Of a stretch of 64,000 nucleotides of DNA, positions 36,377 to 48,115 are shown one piece after another. The DNA comes from Coniocarpon cinnabarinum (taxonomy: Eukaryota), in the NCBI GenBank assembly GCA_051942205.1, contig JAVECO010000001.1, positions 62,001 through 126,000 of the forward strand, read 5' to 3'. The notes below the pieces were generated by a model that ran no database searches, was not told where the DNA came from, and worked only from the letters and a program-made list of their open reading frames with translations. The position numbers and the translations under genes were made by a program. How positions within the stretch are numbered: the first letter of the stretch is position 1; each line of letters begins with the position of its first letter.

Positions 36377-37633
36377 TCATGCAATCTTTCGTCCCACGTT
36401 GCCCACTCCTTTGCCAACCACTGTAACCATTATATCGCTCTCCACCTCCGCTTCACTGTCCTCACTGTCGCTTTCCGCACCACCGTCAGCGTCCCGCAAT
36501 CCCCATTCACTCATCCCAAACGTCTTCAACTCTCGCGCCAAAGCTATCACACCCGGACTTCCCAGCAAATCCCTACCCATTGCAATCCTCCCCACATCTT
36601 CACTTCCCATTGCCATTAGTATTAGCATTGTTCCAGCCCCAACTTTGTCCACACATCCGCCCTGTTCAATCGCCTCCAATAATTGATACGCAGCCATCTT
36701 TCCTACCTCCTCAGGTACCTGACCACCTCTCGGATCTGCCACTGTGTCTGCAGAGTAAAAGCATCCCGACGTCGTTTCCGCCACCAGTGACATGCCATAC
36801 CCGATTCCCGTCTTTCTGCCTCCTCGCTGTCCTTTCTCAAGCGGCGGCGGCGCACCTGTCACATCTGAGAAAATGTACGTATCAGGTACGAAACGATTGA
36901 GCACTCCTCGCGCGGCATCAATCGAGCGCGCATTGCTTGAGCCAGGCACCCCTGTAGCGTACGCCACGCCCCTCACTCGTTTGACGCGGCCCGCGCGCAA
37001 CAAATGTAACGTCTTTGGCAGACGCACCTGATGGCCGAATACAAGTTGGACTTCTCCACCTGCTGAGTTCAGCATTGTGCCTGCTGCAGAGGGCGAACAT
37101 CGCCTCTGCACTCGCAGCTCAAGATTCAATTGTATGCCGAAGTGGCGGAATAATGGCAGTATTGCGGTGCGGACTGTGTCGACGCTGGGATCACCTGATT
37201 CAGGATGCGCAGAGGTGACGACGCCGGGACCCCTGAAAAGCACATTGATCGCATTCTTCGAGAAAGGCGCCAGAATACATAGAGGTAGGAGCCAGTAGCT
37301 CAAACCGCGTGCTGCGCAATCAGCAGGAATTGAATGCGTTACGACACCGCCGGCAGTACTGGTATTGTAGCCCGCAGCTGAGCCGGTGATGAGGCCTGGT
37401 TTGTAAAGAAGAGTAGTACCAGTCATAGAAAATTCGATGACGGCGCCATTAGTGATTGTGTCCAGAAGTCGAATGAGTGAGACTTCGTGAGGTTTGAGGC
37501 CTGGATTAGTAGTAGACGAGGGGCGGATGTCTGAGATGCGTATAGATCGGCCAGTGAGAGTTGAGAGCAGGAGACGTGTAGGGAGATGGCTATGACCGGT
37601 GAGGCGCAAAGGCGGTTGGGTCGGGTTTGTCAT
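36377..37633 (-). CDS. RCL1: RNA 3'-terminal phosphate cyclase-like protein Rcl1 (18S rRNA biogenesis)
   Basis: Motifs RLLLSTLTGRSIRISDIR, PGLKPHEVSLIRLLDTITNG, DPSVDTVRTAILP, GGEV, GRVKRVRGVAY and PEEVGK. First ATG is 37633; no introns. Confidence 0.92.
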   Translation of the reverse strand: MTNPTQPPLRLTGHSHLPTRLLLSTLTGRSIRISDIRPSSTTNPGLKPHEVSLIRLLDTITNGAVIEFSMTGTTLLYKPGLITGSAAGYNTSTAGGVVTHSIPADCAARGLSYWLLPLCILAPFSKNAINVLFRGPGVVTSAHPESGDPSVDTVRTAILPLFRHFGIQLNLELRVQRRCSPSAAGTMLNSAGGEVQLVFGHQVRLPKTLHLLRAGRVKRVRGVAYATGVPGSSNARSIDAARGVLNRFVPDTYIFSDVTGAPPPLEKGQRGGRKTGIGYGMSLVAETTSGCFYSADTVADPRGGQVPEEVGKMAAYQLLEAIEQGGCVDKVGAGTMLILMAMGSEDVGRIAMGRDLLGSPGVIALARELKTFGMSEWGLRDADGGAESDSEDSEAEVESDIMVTVVGKGVGNVGRKIA

Positions 37634-38238
37634 TGCGATGGACAATGTGGTTGTCTATGGCATTTCATATGCAATCCGACCTCGAACCAAAAATTGTGAC
37701 ATGGTTGGTCTAGAATTTTTTGATGTGAAGCTAGCCGCATCAGGAGGTGCCGGATTAAAGGTGCAAATATTGGCAAGGTGAATGCGCTGTGGTTGGTGTT
37801 TCGAGTTAAACCGAATCTGAGTGTTTCCGTGTCTCTGTGAGATATTTTGACCTTTTTGCAAAGTCGTCCTCGTCGAAAAGGTGATACTTGCGTGGGTTTG
37901 AAGATCTGGAACTCGGCTTGCGGTGGAATATACACAGCGCACAAGTGTCCACATCGTGCCGAAAATCAGCCGAAGGAGAGCTTATGCAAGCTTCGCGCAA
38001 CTGCACCGCAATTTTCTGGGGTATTTTCTACGAACGCAGCATTTTCTTTCGTTGTGACTGCAGCCGACTCATCTTGACTTGCGCCCTACACTTTACATAC
38101 CTCTTATACATTTCCCCGTCTTCTGGCTGTCTGAGTAGCACCTAGCTTTCTTCCCACATCGCTGCTCGAGCAAGCTCCAAGCAGTTGAAATTCCCTCCGC
38201 CGATCACGGAGCACAGCTCTTATTGCACCTTTGCATGA

Positions 38239-39801
<1,563 letters not shown>

Positions 39802-40524
39802 AAATCCGTGTTGGCTTTGATGATGCGTGCATTGCGGCAAAAGTACATTGTTCATACAACCTACAATCATCATGATGAATGGCTCTCAAACAAGTGCCGA
39901 CATGTCCTCCTCGGATGCACTTGGCTTTCATTCCGGAGATGATTGGTGAATCGCGTATCGTCACAAGTATGTTCGCTCAATGTTTCTTGAAACTTTTCAC
40001 AACCGTCAGTATCACAGCCAAAAATGTGCATATTGTTTGCCTCTTTCAGTATTGGATGACTGACCACTGTGCCTCATCATGGTCCATTGAGCGCTCATCG
40101 CTTAGGCGCGGCATTCCGTGACTCATACTACATCGCGATTTATTCCGACTTTCCAGCACAGGCAGTCGTACCAAATGTAAATCCAACAATGTGAAGACCA
40201 CATCCGCGTTTACCATGCCAGCTTCTTGAGCACGTCGCATCCTTCACAGTATCAAGCGCACATTGACAAGAAACGTGAATGGAAAAGATAGCATCCGTCT
40301 TTCCCGAGCTAAAGTCTTAGCTATCATCATCTTTAATTTATTGAAAGGTCAACTGTGTTCACGCGAGTGGCTCTTTCTCCATCCGGAACAAGTGTCGCAC
40401 TCTGTCCAAGCAGGTGGAAAATCTCATCAGAAGTATAGGCACTCTGCTAGTATTGTCGAAAAATCAAACACCAGCTTGGGAGCATCGACGACATTTCATA
40501 ACTCGTCCGTTGAACTCGCGTGAA

Positions 40525-41823
40525 ATGGACGAAAGCTCTCAGCTGGCGGTTCATCCCGACGTAGAATGGGTTGAGGACATTTGGGGCTACATTTCACCCA
40601 AATTTCGGCGGGATCCTGATGAGTCAGCCATACAGAAAGAAGCTCAGGCCAAGCTTCCTCATGAAGGGGAATTGAAGCTAGAGACATTAGGTGCAGGTTC
40701 CCTCAACAAAGTGTACAAATTAGTCTCATCAGATGGAGACAAGGCCTATGTCTTCCGAGTTGCTTGTCCGATCGACGCCGGTAGCAAGACCAAAGGCGAA
40801 GTTGCGACAATCAAATGGGTGAAAGAAGGATGTGAAGTGCCCGTGCCGGAGATTATTGCTTATGATTCAACGAAATCCAATCTTGTTGGGTATGAGTGGA
40901 TCTTGACAGACTATATAATGGGCGAAAGTCTTGAAAAGAAGTTTTTCGACCTCGACCTGGCGGCAAAGCAACCCCTAGTGAAAGACTTTGCACGATTCAT
41001 GGCCGCCACATACAACGATAGATTTTCTTCAGGACAGATTGGCACCTTATCAGCTGACAAAGACGGCGAAGTTGGCGAGCTGGTCTCGTACTTCTTGATC
41101 AAGGGTGGTCACTTTTTGGAGCATGGCAGCTCCAAGGGTCCCTTCCACAGCAGTGCTGACTGGCTCCATGCTTGTTTGGACCTACGAGAAAAAGAATTCG
41201 TTTCAAACCAGCGAGAATCGAATCTGACAGTGCCCGGCCTGAGGCATCGCGAAACTGCTCTTGAAGATATTGAGAAGATTCTGCGGAACATCAGGCGCTT
41301 ACGTCCTTACGTGGACATGGTGTTCACTGGCAAAGATGAGACCATGCTCTATCATGACGATCTGAACGAGGGCAACATTCTTGTAGACGAAGAGGGCAGG
41401 CTCCAAGCCATCATTGACTGGGAATGCGTCTCAGTGGTCCCACTGTGGTGGGCATGCCAACATCCAGGGTTCCTTGTGGGGTGGGAGCAAGAAGAGAAAC
41501 CGGATAAGACCAAATTTGGACATGATTGGGTGCCAAAGCACAAGCGAACAAAGGACAACGTTAGAGCTGATGGGAAGACGTCTAAGGAGATCAGCCAGAA
41601 ATATTGGGAAGCGTTAAGCGCATATGAGACCACCCAGTTGCGCAAGACGTTTGATCAGGAGATGGAATCGCAAGCGCCAGGATGGCTCAAGGTCTACACA
41701 GAGAGCTTCTTGAAGCGTAAACTAGGCGATGCAGTGCTCTGTTGTGATGACCCGCTGCAGAAGGAAGCGATCAGGAGGTGGCTTGATAAGCTAGATAGCG
41801 GTGACATGCAAGCGGAGCTTTAA
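40525..41823 (+). CDS. APH/phosphotransferase enzyme family (kinase-like fold) protein
   Basis: Motifs GAGSLNKVY, YVFRV..P......KTKGEVATI.WV, PVPEIIAYD, GYEWIL, GPF, the Brenner motif HDDLNEGNILV and IIDWE. First in-frame ATG is 40525; no introns. Confidence 0.85.
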   Translation: MDESSQLAVHPDVEWVEDIWGYISPKFRRDPDESAIQKEAQAKLPHEGELKLETLGAGSLNKVYKLVSSDGDKAYVFRVACPIDAGSKTKGEVATIKWVKEGCEVPVPEIIAYDSTKSNLVGYEWILTDYIMGESLEKKFFDLDLAAKQPLVKDFARFMAATYNDRFSSGQIGTLSADKDGEVGELVSYFLIKGGHFLEHGSSKGPFHSSADWLHACLDLREKEFVSNQRESNLTVPGLRHRETALEDIEKILRNIRRLRPYVDMVFTGKDETMLYHDDLNEGNILVDEEGRLQAIIDWECVSVVPLWWACQHPGFLVGWEQEEKPDKTKFGHDWVPKHKRTKDNVRADGKTSKEISQKYWEALSAYETTQLRKTFDQEMESQAPGWLKVYTESFLKRKLGDAVLCCDDPLQKEAIRRWLDKLDSGDMQAEL

Positions 41824-42113
41824 GGGAAAGCGGGACATTGGCACCAGAAAATACCTTGACAAACATCGTTACCTGAGAGTAATTGCTCATTGAGCGACAT
41901 GACAACAAGTATCAATAGTAAGAAGAACGTCCTCGTTGCGAAGGTGCGAAAGTGATTACCAAATGAAGAAATTGGGATACGTTTCACGCGTTCGCGTACT
42001 CCGCGTCACCTCGAATCGCTGTGCGCCTGCTTCGAAACCTCGTTATTTTCGACGATGCATTCGATTCTAACCTCGAAATTTCGATCGAATCGAGCTTCCG
42101 CTAAGCACTGACC

Positions 42114-43718
42114 ATGTCTCCAGTTCGATCTTCAGCCCGATCTCCAGTTCGACTCCGGAAGGACGGGGTAGCATCGCTCCTTAAACAGGTCGGGGGAAGG
42201 CAGGTCAAAGCCCAAGATGCAACACATTCAGCCCCACAACCTCAACTCAATGGAGAAGAGGATTTCGACCGAGAACCAGAGAGTTCTGAAGACGAAGAAA
42301 TGGCTGCAGCAGCTACGCAGGCTGAGAGTGCCGGCAAAATCCGCGCCACGACCGAAAAAGGTGCTAAGCAACCCAATGGCTCCAGCCGCGCTGCTCCACA
42401 AAATCCCAACAGAAGTAATGACAACGTTCGTCGGTCACAGCGGACTAGACTGCAGGATGAGGGCACCTACGCGGGCAGAAAACGCAAGCAATCAGGCGCC
42501 CACATCTACGACGCAGCCGAGCTTGTCGACCAATGGAAAATATGGAACAACCCACGACACTCTTCGCAAACGTACGGCTCACAAAAAGCCAAAGCAGCGC
42601 GCACCAGCAACGACGCTGAGTCGGCTTCGCCCACATCGACGCCTGCGAAATCCCCGTCAGGCTTCAAAAAGCCAAATGTCAAAGACTCGCCCAAGAGAGG
42701 CTCACAAGGTCAGCATTTCAAATTCCTACCCACGCCTCCATCGAGCTCACCAAACACGGGTACAGAGTCGAATAGCTCTCTGAGAACATTCCGCCGTCCG
42801 CCGCCTTCTTCGGCGCTCTCTGAGCCTTCTGGCGCGCAGAAGTCAAATCGGAGATCATTCCGCACGTCGAGACTTGCTTCCAAGGAGTCGCCTCGGAGCT
42901 CGCCTTCAAAAGACACAAAGAGCACGTCGGATCAACCTATTGATATCGTTTCGTCGCCGCCGTTGTCGCCGCTTACGGATTCGTCGTCCGGACTTTCGAC
43001 TCCGCCGCCGGAAGCTGAGTTGAATGATTTGGACTTGCTGTTTGCGGCGTCGCAGACAGAGTCGCAGCGGGCGTTGGCGCGCTGTCCTGTGTGTCAGGAA
43101 TATGTGGATAAGGAGACGTGGGACTTGTTCACGCGTGGCAGTCGAGTCGGTTGGCGGGATAAACAGGCATTCTGTGAGGGACACCGAAGACGGGATGCGG
43201 AAAAATTGTGGAAAGACCGTGGCTATCCTGACATCAATTGGGATTCCGCGGCGCTGAAGAGGAGGATGGAGAGACATAGCAGCTCTCTAGAAGACATTAT
43301 AGAAGGCAAGCGACATAGTGAGCTTCTACAAAACTTGAAGAAAAAGGTGGGCAGTGGACGGATCAGAAAGGCGCTAAGAGACGTCAACGAAGCACGTTCG
43401 GAGGTGATCTTCCCAGGCTATTACGGACCCAGAGGATCACAGGTGTTCCAGGCACACCTACTCAGTGCCTTCGGCGAGAAATTGAGAGAAATGGCTGCCA
43501 GTGGCGATGGGGTCGTGAGAGCCACCGGGACAGGAAATTACATCGCGCGGGTGTTGGTGCCGGAGTTAGCTGTGCAGCTAATTGCTGAGGATCTGTCAGT
43601 TGAGGAGGACCGAGCAAGAAAGGTGATGGAGGAGAGCAGTGAAATTGGGAGGTTGGTGAATGGTGTGGAAGCAGAAGAGGAAGATGCCGTCGTCGTGAAA
43701 AAGGAAAAGGGCGTGTAA
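42114..43718 (+). CDS. RTC4-like (restriction of telomere capping 4) domain protein
   Basis: A low-complexity N-terminus is followed by CPVC...FCEGH....A..W..RGYPDINW and C-terminal PGYYGPRG...VLVPELAVQLIAEDL.V....AR.VMEESSEIG. Confidence 0.8.
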   Translation: MSPVRSSARSPVRLRKDGVASLLKQVGGRQVKAQDATHSAPQPQLNGEEDFDREPESSEDEEMAAAATQAESAGKIRATTEKGAKQPNGSSRAAPQNPNRSNDNVRRSQRTRLQDEGTYAGRKRKQSGAHIYDAAELVDQWKIWNNPRHSSQTYGSQKAKAARTSNDAESASPTSTPAKSPSGFKKPNVKDSPKRGSQGQHFKFLPTPPSSSPNTGTESNSSLRTFRRPPPSSALSEPSGAQKSNRRSFRTSRLASKESPRSSPSKDTKSTSDQPIDIVSSPPLSPLTDSSSGLSTPPPEAELNDLDLLFAASQTESQRALARCPVCQEYVDKETWDLFTRGSRVGWRDKQAFCEGHRRRDAEKLWKDRGYPDINWDSAALKRRMERHSSSLEDIIEGKRHSELLQNLKKKVGSGRIRKALRDVNEARSEVIFPGYYGPRGSQVFQAHLLSAFGEKLREMAASGDGVVRATGTGNYIARVLVPELAVQLIAEDLSVEEDRARKVMEESSEIGRLVNGVEAEEEDAVVVKKEKGV

Positions 43719-45029
43719 GCTCTGCGTGAGCTCTTTACGAACGCGCGCTGTATATTTTTGGAGGCATCTCATTGCAAGACATGTAAGACAAAACAGGTAA
43801 AAGTCAAACAAGTAAGGAATCAGAAGTTCAAACGTTTCCCAGCGCTCTCATGCTTCACGAGAATTTTCCTTCTCCTTCTTGACTATCTGCCCTCACTCGT
43901 TCAGAATGTTCAAAAAGCGCCTGGCACTCTTTCAAGGATTCGTCGAGCAAGAAAGAGAAGATCACAGTGTTGTCTCGTCAACCCAACGACAATCTCTCTT
44001 GAAGGTGCCAAACGCCGTCTTTATCGAGCGCCATACATGAGTACCCCTGGTAAGACCCAGGCGTCGACCAACCCTTCAAATGTCCTGCATTGCACCGCCT
44101 GCGGAGCTTATGTAATATCAACGTGCACTTGCGCAAGTGCCCGGGACTGTAGAGCATGCGTGCGTTCAGCCATTCATGCTTCTTGCATTCGGAAACATTC
44201 GCTAGCGTTCGCAACGCAGCATGAGCTTCACGGAAGCTTGCGAGAGATTTCTCCCGAGTTGGGCTCGGGAAACGGCAGGACTTGAAAGTATTTACAAGAT
44301 GGAAGTAAGCTGGACTCGGTGCTAATGCGATGATGAGATGCACCCTGATGTTCGGCACGTATCGTACCCGGTGGCGATTACTAGTGCTACCACCAGCCTC
44401 TAGACTCAGCTAATCAAGCTAGAACACCAGTTGAGCAACGAGAATCAAGATCCACCTGACGTTATTTCGTTTTCGCGCATGACCGCGACGAGACGATACG
44501 ACTCAAGAAATCAGAAAAATCAGAAAAATCAAGACATCTCCTGCACTGAAACTATTTTTACTTCGTTTGGGCATCTTTGAAGTCAAGAGGCAAGATTGCC
44601 GAAGACGAGAGATTCGACATTAGAACGACAGCAGATTTAGCATATCCTACACGATATCCTACACGGTATAAGAACTTGATACTCGTCCTTGGTACTCGTT
44701 TTGATACTCATCCTTGATTTACAGCTCATCCTTGAGTTTACAGCCCCTGTTTGATGTGGGAAGCGCGCTTCACAGGTGCCATGCCCAGTCACCATCATTG
44801 CATGTGAATCACTATTAAATCGTGAATTACTATCAAACCCCGGCACTTTTCGAAACTGGCATACACAAGACTGGCAAAGTGTGACGTGGAATGCTGAAAT
44901 GGATGAACTGAATCTTACAATGTGCCAGTCCAGGAAGATGAGAGTCATTGCGAAGCCAATCGCATTGGAATCGGAGACTTGCTCATTGATAGCTGAATAG
45001 GGGCACTCTGACGTGTCATTCGTGACACT

Positions 45030-45074
45030 AACACGCGAAACAAGAACACGCGAAACAAGAACACGCGAGACAAT
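45030..45074. repeat. 15-bp tandem repeat (AACACGCGAAACAAG) x3
   Basis: Copies start at 45030, 45045 and 45060 (the third is imperfect). Each carries ACGCG, and the first two carry CGCGAAA. Confidence 0.85.
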
Positions 45075-45303
45075 AACCTTCCATCCTTCTCCAGTCTTCG
45101 ACTCGCTCCTGGTACATCTCGGTCAACATTCCTATCACGACTATTTTTGTTTGGGTATCTGATGGTGTAGCACTACACATTCACTTTTTATCTTGAATTT
45201 GAGTTGTTTGCTGAGCTTTGCTGAGTTTGCGAGTGAGTCGGTGCGGCGGATCTGTGATGGTGGATCGTTAACAGGAATGGGACACTTTTGGTGGCGTGTG
45301 GCT

Positions 45304-45757
45304 GGCGGTTGGGAAGTTGGGACTTGGTCAATAGTTGGAACTTGACGGTTGGTAGTTAACGCTTAATGCCTAATGCCTAATGCTTAGTGGTTGGTAGTTG
45401 GCTGGTAATTAGCTGGTAGTTGATAGTTAGTAGATCACTGTCAGCGGTTGATGGTTGGTGATTAGTAGTTGATAGCCAGTAGTTGATGGCCAGTAGTTGA
45501 TATTCAGTAGTCAATAATTAGAAGTTAACGGTCGGTATCTGATGCTTAGCGACTAATAGTTGATAGTCGGCTGATACTCAAGAATTAGTAGTTCGCATTT
45601 AGCGATTAATAGTCGGCGATCGATGGTCAGTGGTTAATACTAATTGGTTAATAGTCAGCGGTTGATGTTTTTGAGGATCAAGGGTAAGTATTCAACAATC
45701 CGTCGTTGACGGCCAGTGGTTGACGTTTGACAATAACGGCCAGCAGTTGCTAGTCGG
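45304..45757. repeat. Degenerate heptamer satellite (pattern RRYRRYY, e.g. GATAGTT, AGTAGTT, GATGGCC)
   Basis: Parses into consecutive 7-mers (ggtagtt gatagtt ... agcggtt gatggtt ggtgatt agtagtt gatagcc agtagtt gatggcc ...). It is TpA-rich and has no meaningful ORF. Confidence 0.75.
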
Positions 45758-46107
45758 TGAGTGCAACAAAGAGCCACAAATCAGAGAATCGAATGTTAAT
45801 CATACATCAAATCCACTCTTCCAAGCCGCTCGAAATACGACAGAGCGCAACAAAACACACAAGCACGTTAAAGTCCATTCGAGTGATCATGGAACTTTGT
45901 ACATTCAATTTTAACATGTGAAGTTCTTGAGCTATTGTGAATGACTGGATGCCAGCGATAGCACGGGTTTACAGCGTGTAGATCACAATACACTCTCCAG
46001 TGAATGAAACCCAGCGTATGATCATATCTGCCATGTTTGATGCTGCGTGCATCAGGGTGGAAAGTGAAATTGCTCTCAGAGCGTTCAGAGCTCGCGTCGA
46101 AAGGGGC

Positions 46108-46136
46108 AAAAAAAAAAAAAAAAAATGAAAAAAAAA
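46108..46136. repeat. Poly(A) tract (A18-TG-A9) downstream of the sugar transporter (poly-T on its sense strand)
   Basis: Read directly from the sequence. Confidence 0.9.
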
Positions 46137-46465
46137 GGCAAAAGAAGAAGAGAAGAAGAAACGATCAAAACGCTATCAAGCATACTAAATTAAGGGAGTA
46201 TTCCCCTCTGAATTGAACGATTGCAGTGAGAATGTGATATGTGTAGTGTTAAACTCATTGTCAGAGATGAAACTCGTTCCACGTGCTACGAACAATGCAT
46301 ATATTACAAGATCGCGCCACAGCGCGTCGATGTATCGCCATAAATGCATCTGCAGCTCTCACCACAACGCCCACGCTTATCGCACTCATCTCAAAAATCA
46401 CGACATCCAAAATACCGCTCCCCTTCTTCCATCACTCTTGAAATTCCAACGAGAGAAGAAAAATC

Positions 46466-48115
46466 TTACTCGAAGCCCTTGGATCCCATGTCAATCTCCT
46501 CGTGCTGCACGCTCTTATTCCGCTTCGCCGTCACCTCCGCGTCAGCCAGCGACATCTTGCGCGCGTCGACGCCCGCCGTCTCCTCGACTTCACGGAACGA
46601 CACAGTGGGCACGAAGCCAGGAGACTTCCACGCGTACTTGACCTTGGCGTAGAGCTCATCGATCTGTTCCAGACTCAAACCCTTGGTCTCATAAATCATG
46701 AGGTACACAAACGCGATGCAAACGAAGCAGCAGCTGCCCCAGATGAAGAAGATCTTGCTCTTGAGATCGACACCCTGGGGCGGGTTGTCGGGGTCGTTGT
46801 TCACCAGGTATGGGGTGGCGTAGGCAATCGCCCAGTTGAGAAGCCAGTTGGAGGCCGTCGTCATGGAGAGACCCTTGGCGCGGACCTTGAGCGGGAAGAT
46901 TTCACCGGTGACGACCCAGGCGACGGGGCCCCACGAGCAGGCGAAGAAGAAGATGTAGATGCAGATGAACGCAATGGAGGCGTTTTGGGCGGCGTGGTTG
47001 GACGTCGGCTCCGCGGTGCCGACGGCAGCAACGATGTACTGGCAAACGAACATGCCGACGGCGCCGAAAAGCAACAAATTGCGGCGGCCCCAGGCTTCGA
47101 CCATGTACAGACCCGGGAACGTGGAGGCGACGTTGACGGCGGAGGTGATCATGGTGACGACAAAGGGGCGGGAGAAGCCGGCGCCTTGGAAGTAGGTGGT
47201 ACCGTAGTAGAAGACGAAGTTGACACCGGTCAATTGCTGGAGGGATTGCAACAGGCAGCCGGTGGCAAGACGCTTGAAGTTGCCGCCCCTGAAGCAGTCG
47301 ATGTAGCTGGCCTTGCCAAGGGAGAGTTCATATTCGTGGTTGGCGCGGATTTCAGCAAGCTCTTCCACCAAGGCGGGGTGGTCGACGTCGAGGCGTCGGA
47401 GACGCGAAAGGCAGCGCGCAGCTTTGTCAGGCTGATTCTTCATGATGCAGTAGCGGGGCGTCTCCGGAAGGAAGAGCAGACCCGTGACGAGGATAATGGC
47501 CCAGGCGAATTGAACAGCGATGGGAATCCGGTAGGACCCGGTGTTGGTGTGTTTCGAGGTGGCATTGTCGACAATCGCCGCCAGCAGCAGACCGATGGTG
47601 ATGGCGAGTTGGTAGGCACCGACGACGACACCACGAATCCATTTGGGCGAGGTCTCGGACTGGTAGAGCGGGATGGAGGCAGAGATCATACCGACGCCCC
47701 AACCGGCGAAGAAACGGCCAGCGACGAACATGGGGATCGCGGTGGCAGCGGTCTGGAGAATGACACCGAGCGTGAACACGGCGGTGGAAACCATGAGACC
47801 GACGCGACGGCCAGTGTAGTCGCAGCATGGCGCGGCAGCCAACGCTCCAAAGAAGGTACCGGCGGACAGGATAGAGACGATTTCAGACTGTTGACTGTTG
47901 GTGATGACGGGCTTCAGCTCGCCTGTGTCTTTGTCGGGCTTGAGGTTGCCCGCGGTGTGGAATTCTTGCTTGAAGTAGTCCATGCCCAGGATACCGCCAA
48001 TCGTACCCGTGTCATATCCAAAGAGAATACCACCGAATGCAACGAAGAGACCAATGAGAATGGCGGGCAGCGGCGAGCCCGCCGAGCCCTCGGGCTTCTT
48101 GATCACGAAGCCCAT
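46466..48115 (-). CDS. MFS sugar porter, probable high-affinity glucose/hexose transporter
   Basis: Motifs AFGGILFGYDTG, GRR, GRFFAG.GVG, PLYQSETSPKWIRG, PETPRY, QQLTGVNFVFYYG, WGPVAWVVTGEIFPL and YETKGLSLEQ. No introns; strong C/G3 codon bias. Confidence 0.93.
   Translation of the reverse strand: MGFVIKKPEGSAGSPLPAILIGLFVAFGGILFGYDTGTIGGILGMDYFKQEFHTAGNLKPDKDTGELKPVITNSQQSEIVSILSAGTFFGALAAAPCCDYTGRRVGLMVSTAVFTLGVILQTAATAIPMFVAGRFFAGWGVGMISASIPLYQSETSPKWIRGVVVGAYQLAITIGLLLAAIVDNATSKHTNTGSYRIPIAVQFAWAIILVTGLLFLPETPRYCIMKNQPDKAARCLSRLRRLDVDHPALVEELAEIRANHEYELSLGKASYIDCFRGGNFKRLATGCLLQSLQQLTGVNFVFYYGTTYFQGAGFSRPFVVTMITSAVNVASTFPGLYMVEAWGRRNLLLFGAVGMFVCQYIVAAVGTAEPTSNHAAQNASIAFICIYIFFFACSWGPVAWVVTGEIFPLKVRAKGLSMTTASNWLLNWAIAYATPYLVNNDPDNPPQGVDLKSKIFFIWGSCCFVCIAFVYLMIYETKGLSLEQIDELYAKVKYAWKSPGFVPTVSFREVEETAGVDARKMSLADAEVTAKRNKSVQHEEIDMGSKGFE

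Noticed and set aside
46108..46136. Poly(A) tract as a retrocopy tail of the intronless transporter
   Set aside because: It is on the wrong strand (poly-T in the gene's sense direction), and no target-site duplication was seen.
43720..46460. Telomerase RNA candidate next to the RTC4-like gene
   Set aside because: I found no TAACCCTAA-type template on either strand.
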